Source: an uncultured Bryobacterales bacterium | GTDB lineage: Bacteria > Acidobacteriota > Terriglobia > Bryobacterales > UBA6623 | Direction of reading: 5' to 3' | DNA: 64,000 bases | Assembly (NCBI GenBank): GCA_951813605.1 | Contig: OX638379.1 | Location: 3,154,062-3,218,061, forward strand | Part shown: positions 39,570 to 48,190 of the stretch, piece by piece | Position numbering within the stretch: position 1 is the first letter of the stretch | Layout: each line of letters begins with the position of its first letter | Made by a program: the position numbers and the translations under genes | The notes under the pieces: model-generated | Database searches by the model: none | The model's input: the letters and a program-made list of their open reading frames with translations, nothing else | Told to the model about the DNA's origin: nothing

Positions 39570-40619
39570 ATGAATCCAGTTGACCTGCGCAGCGACACGG
39601 TAACCCGGCCGACGCCCGAGATGCGCCGGGCCATGTACGAAGCCCAGGTCGGCGACGACGTCTTCGGCGAGGACCCGTCGGTCAACGCGCTGGAGGAGCG
39701 CGGCGCCGCGATCGCGGGCAAGGAAGCGGCTGTCTTCGTCCCCTCGGGAACGATGGGCAACCAGATCGCCATCGCGGTCCACACCTCTCCCGGCCAGGAG
39801 ATCATCTGCGAGGAGCACTCCCATGTCGTGCTGTACGAGATGGGCATGCTGGCGCGCCTGTCCGGATGCGTGGCCCGGACAGTGGCGACGACGGACGGGC
39901 GCCTCGACTGGGAAAGCGTCCGGCCCCGCGTGCGAGGGAGTTCGGACCACTTCCGCGGCACGGGGCTGGTCGAGGTCGAGAACACGCACAACTACGCAGG
40001 CGGTCGAGCGTACTCGATGGAATCGCTAGCTCAGCTTCGCGCCGGAACCCGCGCAGCCGGCCTGGCGGTGCATATGGACGGCGCGCGGGTCTTTCACGCC
40101 GCGGCCGCGCTGGGCGTGCCCGTGCGGGAGATCGCAGCGACCGCGGACTCGCTGACCTTCTGCCTCTCGAAGGGCCTGGGGGCCCCGGTCGGATCCGTTC
40201 TCACCGGCAGCCGCGCGTTCATCAACGAGGCGCGGCTGGCGCGAAAAGCCCTCGGCGGAGGCATGCGGCAAGCGGGCGTCCTGGCCGCGGCCGGCCTGGT
40301 CGCGCTCGAACGCAGCCCCGCCAACATCCCTGCAGTTCACGCCGACGCGAAGTTCCTGGCGCGGGAGCTGGCCGCAATTCCGGGCATCGCAATCGATCCT
40401 GCCGCGGTGGAGACCAACATCGTGTTCTACGACGTCGCCGGAACCGGGCTGTCCGCCAAGCAGTTCGTCGGATCGCTCCGCGAGTCGGGGGTTCTCGCGC
40501 TCGCCCTGGGGCCGACGCGGATCCGCATGGTGACGCATCAGGACGTGAATCGCGCGGACTGCGAGAAAGCGGCGGCGGCGATCAAGAGCGCTTGCGCGAG
40601 CCCGGCGATCGCGTATTGA
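39570..40619 (+). CDS. ltaE: Low-specificity L-threonine aldolase (PLP)
   Basis: DLRSDTVTRPT, GDDVFGEDPSV, ENTHN.AGG, HMDGARVF, FCLSKGLGAPVGS, GGGMRQAG. Confidence 0.93.
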   Translation: MNPVDLRSDTVTRPTPEMRRAMYEAQVGDDVFGEDPSVNALEERGAAIAGKEAAVFVPSGTMGNQIAIAVHTSPGQEIICEEHSHVVLYEMGMLARLSGCVARTVATTDGRLDWESVRPRVRGSSDHFRGTGLVEVENTHNYAGGRAYSMESLAQLRAGTRAAGLAVHMDGARVFHAAAALGVPVREIAATADSLTFCLSKGLGAPVGSVLTGSRAFINEARLARKALGGGMRQAGVLAAAGLVALERSPANIPAVHADAKFLARELAAIPGIAIDPAAVETNIVFYDVAGTGLSAKQFVGSLRESGVLALALGPTRIRMVTHQDVNRADCEKAAAAIKSACASPAIAY

Positions 40620-40626
40620 GAATCCC

Positions 40627-41874
40627 ATGGCCTTCCTGCGTCTACTTGCCGTCTGCGCACTGCTCGCAGGGTGCCACCTGCAGGCCCAGCAGCTTTTTGA
40701 CGCGCGGCCCGGCCAACGCCTGCGGTTCCACGCCACCGACAGCGCCGTCCTTGCGGGCAGCGAGAACCGCAGCGACCTCGATTGCCGGGTCGAGCCGCTG
40801 CGACCCCGGCTGAACTTCGACCTCAAGTACACGGCCGGATACGTCGTGCGCTTGCCGGCCGACGCCGTCGTGCCGGCCGGCGAGCAGATGCGGGTGCTGT
40901 TTCGCGTCCAGGCGCTGGGCGGGCAGCCGACCGATCCGGTCTACTTCCAGCAGTCCTTCGAAGTGGGCCCGCGGAGCCCGGAGGACGATGGCAGCGCCCT
41001 GTTTCAAGGGCGCTATTTCCTAGGTCCGGGACGCTACAGCGTCGACTGGCTGATGCGCAACCTGCAGGGGCGCGTCTGCTCGTCCCACTGGACCATGCGG
41101 GCACCGAAGCCCGCCTACGAGGGTCGGCTGGCGGCGTCCGCACCGCCCAACATGATCGCTCCCTACCGCGAGGACACCTTCGACGAAGAGCCGCCGGTCG
41201 CGCGCGGCGCGGGCCCGTCGGCAGGGCTGCACTTGCGGCTGCTGCTGAACCTGGCACCCTTGGATCGCAACAGGTTCAAGCTCAACGAGTACGAAATCGA
41301 TTCCATCGTAGGAATGCTCCGCTCGCTGCATCGCGAGCCCAGCCTAGGGATGTTCAGCCTGACGGCATTCAATGCCTACGACCGCCAGATCGTGTATTCG
41401 GCGGAGCGGAGCACCAAGCTCGACTTCCCCGCCCTCGGCGAGGCGATCGATTCCATGGAGATCGGCACGGTCGACTTGGGTGAACTGGCGGATAGCGAGG
41501 GCGAGCAGCGATTCCTGGCGGAGCTGCTCAACAAGGCGCTGGCCCCGGAACGGGACCCGCCGCACGCGGTGGTGCTGCTGGGCCCCAAGGTCGACCGCGA
41601 GGGCCGCATACCGGAAGAAATGCTCTCGGCGCAGGCCGCGAGCAGCCCGCTCTTCCGGCTCGCTTTTAACCTCAATCCTCGCAGCTACCCCTGGCCCGGC
41701 GCGCTCGAGACTGCGATGCAGCCTTACGGGCTGACGGTCTACAGCGTCACGCGCCCCCAGGACTACACCCGCGCTGTTGTCGGCTTGCTGGACGCGATCG
41801 AACGCAACGCTGCATCCGAGCTGACGCGTCGAGACCCGGCGCCAAGCACCGCGAGCCCTCCCGCTAGTCCATAA
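40627..41874 (+). CDS. Exported hypothetical protein (Ig-like N-terminus plus possible VWA-like alpha/beta domain)
   Basis: 415-aa ORF with a signal peptide and tight spacing in the operon; domain assignment is tentative. Confidence 0.6.
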   Translation: MAFLRLLAVCALLAGCHLQAQQLFDARPGQRLRFHATDSAVLAGSENRSDLDCRVEPLRPRLNFDLKYTAGYVVRLPADAVVPAGEQMRVLFRVQALGGQPTDPVYFQQSFEVGPRSPEDDGSALFQGRYFLGPGRYSVDWLMRNLQGRVCSSHWTMRAPKPAYEGRLAASAPPNMIAPYREDTFDEEPPVARGAGPSAGLHLRLLLNLAPLDRNRFKLNEYEIDSIVGMLRSLHREPSLGMFSLTAFNAYDRQIVYSAERSTKLDFPALGEAIDSMEIGTVDLGELADSEGEQRFLAELLNKALAPERDPPHAVVLLGPKVDREGRIPEEMLSAQAASSPLFRLAFNLNPRSYPWPGALETAMQPYGLTVYSVTRPQDYTRAVVGLLDAIERNAASELTRRDPAPSTASPPASP

Positions 41875-41884
41875 TCAAGGTCCC

Positions 41885-43354
41885 ATGAAACGCGCTCTTT
41901 TTCTGCTTGTCGTCCTGGCATTCCTTCCGTCTTGCGCCCAGTCGCCAGCCGACCCGCCGAACATCGTGTGGATCTTCTCCGAGGACCAGTCGGACGATTA
42001 CGGCCCGTACGGAGAGTCGCTCGCCAAGACGCCCCATATCGACAAGATGGCGGCGGAGGGAGCGATGTTCACGCGGGCCTTCGTCACCGCCCCGGTTTGC
42101 TCGCCGTCGCGGTCCGCGCTGGTCACCGGCATGTACCAGACCACGATCGGCGCGCACAACCACCGCAGCGGCAGGGGAGAGCGGAAGATCCGCCTGCCCG
42201 GGGACGTCGAGCCCGTCCCGTCGATCCTGCGGCGGGCCGGCTACTACGTGACCAACGGAGGGTACCGCGAAAACGGCAATCTGGCCCGGGGCAAGACGGA
42301 CTACAACTTCGAGTACGCCGAGGATCTGTACGACGGGGCCGACTGGTCCGGACGAGCCGGGGGGCAGCCCTTCTTCGCTCAAGTCCAGTTGCGAGGCGGC
42401 AAGCTGCGCAACCAGCGCACGCTGGAACCGCGCGAAGGCGTGCGCACCAACGGCATTCCCCCGGACAAGGTCCAGCTGCCGCCCTATTACCCTGACCATC
42501 CCGAGCTGCGCGCGGACTGGGCGCAATATCTCGAGTCGGTGGAGCACGTCGACTGGGAGGTCGGGCAGATCCTCGCGCGCCTGGAGGAGGAGGGCGTCGC
42601 GGACAACACCGTCGTTTTCTTCCTCACGGACCACGGCGTGAGCCACGCGCGCGGCAAGCAATTCCTCAGCGAAGAGGGCATCAAGGTGCCGCTGATCGTG
42701 CGAGCGCCGGGCCGTATCGAGCCGGGCATGGTGCGCGAAGACCTCGTGGCCCATATCGACGTGGCAGCGTCCTCGCTCGCATTCGCCGGCATCGAGATCC
42801 CCGGCTGGATGGAAGGCCGGCCGCTGTTCGGGCCGCAAGCCGAGCCGCGCGATTACGTCGTCTCGGCACGGGACCGCTGCGACGAGACCGTGGACCGCAT
42901 CCGCAGCGTGCGCACTGCCCGATTCAAGTACATCCGCAACTTCGTGCCGGAGCGGCCGCACCTGCAACCCAATCGCTACAAGGACAGCAAGGCCATCATC
43001 AAGGCGCTCCGCGGCTTGCGGGCCGAAGGCGGCCTGTCCCCGGAGATCGAGAAGATGCTTTACGCGCCCCGACCGGAGGAAGAGCTCTATGACCTTGCGG
43101 AGGACCCTTGGGAAATGACCAACCTCGCCGGCGACAGCGAGCACGAGAAGACGCTTCTGGAAATGCGCTCGATTCTGGAGCGCTGGGTCGAGCAAACCGG
43201 GGACCGGGGCCAAGTCTTCGAGACTGCGGCGGAATACGGCTCGGACATGGCGGCGTACCGGCGCGGCCAGCAAGGGCCCCAAGCGGAGATTCTCGAGCGG
43301 AACATCGCCGACGTCGAGGCTTGGCGGGCAATGCGAGCAGGCGCGGGCCAGTGA
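41885..43354 (+). CDS. Cys-type sulfatase (probable lipoprotein)
   Basis: LAFLPSC lipobox-like; PNIVWIFSEDQ, CSPSRSALVTG, DHG, RDRCDE, EELYDL.EDP.E. Confidence 0.93.
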   Translation: MKRALFLLVVLAFLPSCAQSPADPPNIVWIFSEDQSDDYGPYGESLAKTPHIDKMAAEGAMFTRAFVTAPVCSPSRSALVTGMYQTTIGAHNHRSGRGERKIRLPGDVEPVPSILRRAGYYVTNGGYRENGNLARGKTDYNFEYAEDLYDGADWSGRAGGQPFFAQVQLRGGKLRNQRTLEPREGVRTNGIPPDKVQLPPYYPDHPELRADWAQYLESVEHVDWEVGQILARLEEEGVADNTVVFFLTDHGVSHARGKQFLSEEGIKVPLIVRAPGRIEPGMVREDLVAHIDVAASSLAFAGIEIPGWMEGRPLFGPQAEPRDYVVSARDRCDETVDRIRSVRTARFKYIRNFVPERPHLQPNRYKDSKAIIKALRGLRAEGGLSPEIEKMLYAPRPEEELYDLAEDPWEMTNLAGDSEHEKTLLEMRSILERWVEQTGDRGQVFETAAEYGSDMAAYRRGQQGPQAEILERNIADVEAWRAMRAGAGQ

Positions 43355-43381
43355 CTGCCGCGACGCAGCCCTTCGCGCGGC

Positions 43382-43387
43382 TACAAT
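43382..43387 (+). promoter_or_regulatory. -10 element TACAAT 6 nt before the ATG of the OsmC-like gene (leaderless-type)
   Basis: CTACAATAGCCGCATG; no Shine-Dalgarno sequence between the -10 and the start. Confidence 0.45.
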
Positions 43388-43393
43388 AGCCGC

Positions 43394-43858
43394 ATGGCCG
43401 ACCTGATCCACACATCCAAGATCAAGATCTTTCAAGATCAGCCTCCCGAGCGGCGCGCCTATGTCGAAGGGTTCGACGCGCCGCTTGAGTTCGGCGTGCA
43501 CGGCGGGATCAAGCATTTCTACCGCATGGAGCCGAAAAGGGACCTGCCCGCGACGCTGGACCACATGATCGCCGCGGTCGGCGGTTGACTGACCGGCACT
43601 CTGTCAGGGGCCCTGGCAGTTCGCAGGATTCCGAATCACCCCGACCGCGTCTCGACGGATGTCGAAGGCGACATAGAGAATGTCGACGGCGTCATACGCA
43701 TCACGTGCATCCGCGTGCACTACAACTTGAAGATCCCCAAGGGCGCGGGCGACAGGGCGCAGCGCGCTCTCGACACGCATCAATCGAAATGCCCTGCTGC
43801 GGTCAGCGTTCGGGACTCGATCGCTATCGAGACCAGCGCCGACATCGAGGAAATCTGA
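43394..43858 (+). CDS. OsmC-like protein with an in-frame TGA at the conserved Cys (predicted selenocysteine)
   Basis: One frame of 155 codons: ...PATLDHMIAAVGG-U(TGA 43586-43588)-LTGTLSGAL...DVEGDIENVDGVIRITCIRVHY...SKCPAAVSV...; second OsmC Cys intact; downstream hairpin present. Confidence 0.82.
43601..43619 (+). promoter_or_regulatory. Candidate bacterial SECIS hairpin
   Basis: CTGTCAGG-GGC-CCTGGCAG forms an 8-bp stem (one G-U pair) with a G-led loop, starting after a 12-nt spacer downstream of the TGA. Confidence 0.65.
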
Positions 43859-43871
43859 CCCGCCGCGGCGG

Positions 43872-44762
43872 TCAGTGATCCTTGTCGATGTCCCTATGCT
43901 GCACGCGGGCGTTGCGGCCCGCCTTTGCGAAGCGGGCGGCCACGGCTTCCGCGAGGTACACGGAGCGGTGCCTGCCGCCGGTGCATCCGAAGTAGATCGA
44001 AAGGTAGCTCTTGCCTTCCCGCGCGTAGCGAGGCAGCACGAAGTCGAGCAGGTCCGTGACGTGCTGCAGTAATTCGCGTGTCTCGTCGTAGGACTCGAGG
44101 AAGCTGGCGACCTCCGCGTCCCGCCCGGTGAGGTTGCGGCAGCCGGGCTCGTAATTCGGGTTGGGCAGGAAGCGCACGTCGAGCACCAAGTCGCCGTCGA
44201 GCGGCGGGCCGTACTTGAACCCGAAGCTCCCCACCGTTACGCGCAGCTGGGTCCCTTCCCCGGGGCCCTGGAAAATCTCGAGAACCCTGCGACGCAGGTC
44301 GTGAACGTTGAACGCGCTCGTATCGAGCTCCAAGTCGGCGAGCGAGCGGATCGGAGCCAGCAGCGCGCGCTCGGCCGCGACGCTATCGGCCACCGTGGGA
44401 GCGCGCGCGGGGTGCGGCCGGCGGGTCTCGCTGAACCGCCGCTGGATTTCCTCGTCCGACGCCTCCAGATACACCAGCACAGCCGGCTCGGTGCGGCGGA
44501 TCTCGCTGAAGATCTGCGGGAAGCGCCCCAGGGCCTCGCCCTCGCGAATGTCCACCACCAGCGCCGCGCGTCCGTCTGCCGATGCCCAATGGCGCGACTC
44601 GACAAAGGGGGTGATCAGGGCGATCGGCAGGTTGTCGACGGTATAGAAGCCCGTGTCCTCCAAGGCCCGCAGAACGGTGCCCTTGCCTGAGCCGCTCAGG
44701 CCGGTCACAATCACCAGCTGAGCGCGGGCCGCCTTGCGGAAGGCTGCGGGCGCGCTGCCCAT
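43872..44762 (-). CDS. rapZ: RNase adapter / P-loop protein RapZ
   Basis: VIVTGLSGSGKG, VDNLP, VDIR, SFGFKYG, DVRFLPNP, GCTGGRHRSV. Confidence 0.95.
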   Translation of the reverse strand: MGSAPAAFRKAARAQLVIVTGLSGSGKGTVLRALEDTGFYTVDNLPIALITPFVESRHWASADGRAALVVDIREGEALGRFPQIFSEIRRTEPAVLVYLEASDEEIQRRFSETRRPHPARAPTVADSVAAERALLAPIRSLADLELDTSAFNVHDLRRRVLEIFQGPGEGTQLRVTVGSFGFKYGPPLDGDLVLDVRFLPNPNYEPGCRNLTGRDAEVASFLESYDETRELLQHVTDLLDFVLPRYAREGKSYLSIYFGCTGGRHRSVYLAEAVAARFAKAGRNARVQHRDIDKDH

Positions 44763-44764
44763 GC

Positions 44765-45337
44765 CTAGCTGCCCTCGACCAGCTCCGCCGTTCCGTCACG
44801 GAGGCGGATCAGCACGTTGATCCGGCCGGTGAAGGCGTCTCGGAACGAAACGTACTCCCGCTTGCCGCTATCCAGTGCCAGCAGGGCCTCCTCCGGTGTC
44901 ATCGGCTTGGCTTCGAGCCGGCGCGACCGGACGATGACCGGCTTGGACGGCCGCTCCTGCTCGAGTTCAGGAAGATCGGCGTCGAGTCGCTGGAGAGAGT
45001 CTTCCACCAACGCAGGGAGGCGGTCGCGCTGGCGTCCCGGTCGGCGCGTGTCAATGATCTTGCGCTTGTTGCGCAGCGCCTGCTTCTCGAGCCGCTCCAA
45101 TGCGGCATGCAAAGCGGCGAACGTGGACACGCCGCTGCCGGTGACCACGAGGGTATGGCGCAATGCCCGCAACGTCACCTCCGCCTCGCAAAGGTGCCGC
45201 TGCCTGGAGAGCGTGACGTGCGCCGCGAGCCCGCCGCGGCGATTGAGGATGCGCTCGATCTTGTCCAGCTTGCGTTTGAGCTTGATCTGTTCGCGCTCGG
45301 AGATTTCGGCCTTGCGCCCTGTGTAGTCGATTCTCAT
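44765..45337 (-). CDS. hpf: Ribosome hibernation promoting factor (long HPF)
   Basis: MRIDYTGRKAEI...KLKRKLDKIER...AALHAALERLEKQ; C-terminal KPMTPEEALLAL...F...TGRINVL.R..DG...L.E. Confidence 0.85.
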   Translation of the reverse strand: MRIDYTGRKAEISEREQIKLKRKLDKIERILNRRGGLAAHVTLSRQRHLCEAEVTLRALRHTLVVTGSGVSTFAALHAALERLEKQALRNKRKIIDTRRPGRQRDRLPALVEDSLQRLDADLPELEQERPSKPVIVRSRRLEAKPMTPEEALLALDSGKREYVSFRDAFTGRINVLIRLRDGTAELVEGS

Positions 45338-45502
45338 GCCATAGGTTCCCTCGTCCCGCGAGCCGGAGGGTCTGCGCGGCTCGGTCACTGGCCGGACTGT
45401 CAGGGGATAGAGTATACCAGCGCTCTAACACGCGTTTTCCAAATAGGTTGGGACCGCGCCGAAGCCGAAGCGAAGCTCGCCTTTCCGATGCCTGGTGATA
45501 GG

Positions 45503-46234
45503 ATGCGAAATCTTGCCATGTGGCGCTCGTATCTCTTCATGTATCCATTCTTGGTGCTGTACGTGGCCGTCGTGGTTCCGCTATTCGTCCCCGTCATGTG
45601 GGTGACCGGATCAATTCGCCCGATCTACTGGATGGCGCGCCAAGGCTGCCGGATCATGCTGCGCATTGGGGGCGTTCGCCTGCGGGTGCTGCACCTAGAG
45701 CGTGCGCACATGCATCCGTGCTGCGTGTTCGTCGGCAATCACGTCAGCAACATCGAGGCGCCGGCACTGTTCTCCGTCCTGCCGCGCATTGCCGTGATCA
45801 TCAAGCATTCCCTGGGCCGGATCCCTTTGCTGGGGTACGTGATGCGCATGGGCGGATTCATTTGCGTAGACCGCAAGGTGAAGGACTCGCGCCGGCAGGC
45901 CCTGCTGCGGGCCCTGGAGACATTGCGATCCGGGATCTCGATGCTCGTTTTCCCGGAAGGCACGCGGAACACGGCAGGGCGCCTGCTGCCGTTCCGTCCG
46001 GGGCCGTTCCAGATGGCGATCGCGGCCGGAGTGCCGGTGGTGCCGGTCACGGTCCACGGCGCCGCCGCTCTCTGGCCCCGCGGCTTGACGTACGTGCGCC
46101 CGGGCCGCGTCACGCTCGTCTTCCATCCCCCCATCGGGACAGACGGCCTCGATGACGGGGACCGAATCTCCCTCATGAACACAGTCCGGGACACGATGCA
46201 GGCCGCGCTTGACGCGGCCACTTCGGGGGCGTGA
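45503..46234 (+). CDS. plsC: 1-acyl-sn-glycerol-3-phosphate acyltransferase (PlsC family)
   Basis: GNHVSNIE (NHxS), FICVDR, VFPEGTR, PF..G.F, VVPV; start uncertain (45488/45503/45518). Confidence 0.85.
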   Translation: MRNLAMWRSYLFMYPFLVLYVAVVVPLFVPVMWVTGSIRPIYWMARQGCRIMLRIGGVRLRVLHLERAHMHPCCVFVGNHVSNIEAPALFSVLPRIAVIIKHSLGRIPLLGYVMRMGGFICVDRKVKDSRRQALLRALETLRSGISMLVFPEGTRNTAGRLLPFRPGPFQMAIAAGVPVVPVTVHGAAALWPRGLTYVRPGRVTLVFHPPIGTDGLDDGDRISLMNTVRDTMQAALDAATSGA

Positions 46235-46508
46235 CGGGCGCTGCGTTCGGGATCGACGGCGCGCCGCGAGTCGATAGCGTCTGCAGCCGCCCCTCCGAGG
46301 CGCTGTTCGGCTCAGCACGCAGACGGGCCTCGTTGCAATCTCTGGGAGCATTTCGCAAGGGATTTCTTGACCCTGCAGCTTGAACCGAACAGGTCTATCT
46401 CGCAGCCCTGCCAATCACTCCGGCATCTGGAAGTCGAGTCCGCGATTCCCCTGAATCCAAGACCGCATGCCGTAGCTTCGGCGGAACGCGTCTGATACTC
46501 CGACTGCC

Positions 46509-47495
46509 GTGCGTTTCTTCAACACGGAGGGCCCGGTTCGTGCGGATCTCCACTGCTGCATCAAGCCGCTCGGCCGGGTCAACTTGGATGAAATCCCTAG
46601 GCCGGTTTGGCAAGACCGATGCTTCGTCGTGCATAGTCCTCGACAGACAGGCGAGACCTCGACGCTGCTTGCGCTGGCGGACGGACTGAACCGCAGCGTC
46701 GAGTATCGCTGCGTGGACATGAACGTGGAGCTCGGCCAGCTAGCGCGCGAGGACCTGGGCGCCGCTAAGGAGCCCGTCCTGGCGGAATGGTCTCTGCGCG
46801 CCGGATCGACTCTGCAGGATGACGCGGTTAACCGCATGTAGGTCGACGCTCTGGGCCAGGTCGAACCGGGCTTGGCGCTGAAGGAAGTCCTATTTCGCTG
46901 GTCGGCGGCCGACTCCAAGCCCCTGGTGCTGCGCGTCGCCGATCCCATCTGCGCCGAGGTCGTGCCGCGCGAGCTGACTCGGGTACTGGAGGATCGCCTA
47001 GCTAGCGAGACCGCTTGGCTGGTGGGCACCGACAGCCACTTGGATGTTGCCGGCTTGCCGGAGGCCCTACAGGAATTCTTGCGGCAGCGCTGGGAGCATT
47101 GGGTGAAGCGCCTCGGATGCGAACAAGCCGGGCCCCAGCTGATGCTCCAAGCGTTCCTGCAGCGGTTGGTGAATGGCGGCGGCCGCACTGAGCGAGAGCA
47201 CGGCCTGGGGCGCAGGCGCAAGGACATGCTGATCCAGTGGCCGGATCCTCGCAGCGGGCGGGCCGACCCGCGTGCGCAAGCACGTAATCGAATGCAAGGT
47301 GCTGCGGTAGGGCAAAGTGCTGGAGAGGACGATCCGGAAGGGGCTGCGCCAGAACAAGGAGTGCATGGACGTTGCGGGGCGGAGTCTGGACACTGGGCAT
47401 TCTTCGACCGCCGGGAGGCCAAGTCCTGGGAGAATCGCGTGTTTCGGCGCGAACAGACGGAAAGCAGCAAGGCGGTCACAGTCTGGGGCATGCGA
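46509..47495 (+). pseudogene. AAA ATPase / PD-(D/E)XK fusion protein pseudogene
   Basis: MRFFNTEGPV...HSPRQTGETS (degenerate Walker A), TAG at 46839, missing middle, then QAFLQRLVNGGG.TERE.GLGR...VIECK...VTVWGM across frameshifts. Confidence 0.8.
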
Positions 47496-47718
47496 CCCGG
47501 GAGGACGGGCGGCCCGCGGAGACGCCGCTGGCCGAGGCTCGCGGAACGCGAGCGGCCCCCCAGGTACGGCCAATCCGAGAGCAATTCGCACCCGAATTGT
47601 AAGGAGATTTTGGCGTTGCGTTGCTATACTGTGTGGGTAGGCGGCCAGCGAGCGATTCGTGCGGCGGCGCTGTGACGCCGGCGCTGGGCGCTGAAATCAT
47701 TGGAGCGAGGCGTCCGTC

Positions 47719-48159
47719 ATGTCACGATACTTCACATTGCAGGAAGCGGAGAGCATGATCCCGATGGTCCAGGAGAGCCTGGAATCCGCGATCGATGCCA
47801 AGGCTAGGATCGAGGCGATCGAGAGCGAGATGCAGGAGCTCTCGTCCCGCATCTCCATGCTCGGTGGCATCGAGGTCAACCCCGACCATGTCGCGCGGCA
47901 AAAGCTGGAGCGCGTGTCGCTCGTGCAGTCGGTGGAAGCGGACGTCAGAAAGATCCAGCGCAGCGGCTGCCTGGTCAAGGATCTCGACATGGGCCTGCTC
48001 GACTTCCCGGCCCTGCTCAACGGCGAGGAAGTGTACCTTTGCTGGAAGCTGGGCGAGACCAAGATCGAGTGGTGGCATTCGACCCACGACGGCTATTCGG
48101 GCCGGCGCCGGATCATGGACGAGTTCGGATACGACGAGCCGAACTTGCGGCCTAACTGA
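47719..48159 (+). CDS. DUF2203 domain protein
   Basis: RYFTLQEAESMIP...GCLVKDLDMGLLDFP...GEEVYLCWKLGE...WWH..DGYSGRR. Confidence 0.9.
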   Translation: MSRYFTLQEAESMIPMVQESLESAIDAKARIEAIESEMQELSSRISMLGGIEVNPDHVARQKLERVSLVQSVEADVRKIQRSGCLVKDLDMGLLDFPALLNGEEVYLCWKLGETKIEWWHSTHDGYSGRRRIMDEFGYDEPNLRPN

Positions 48160-48190
48160 CGGGGAATCGGAATTTCTTGACCGCGGCCCG

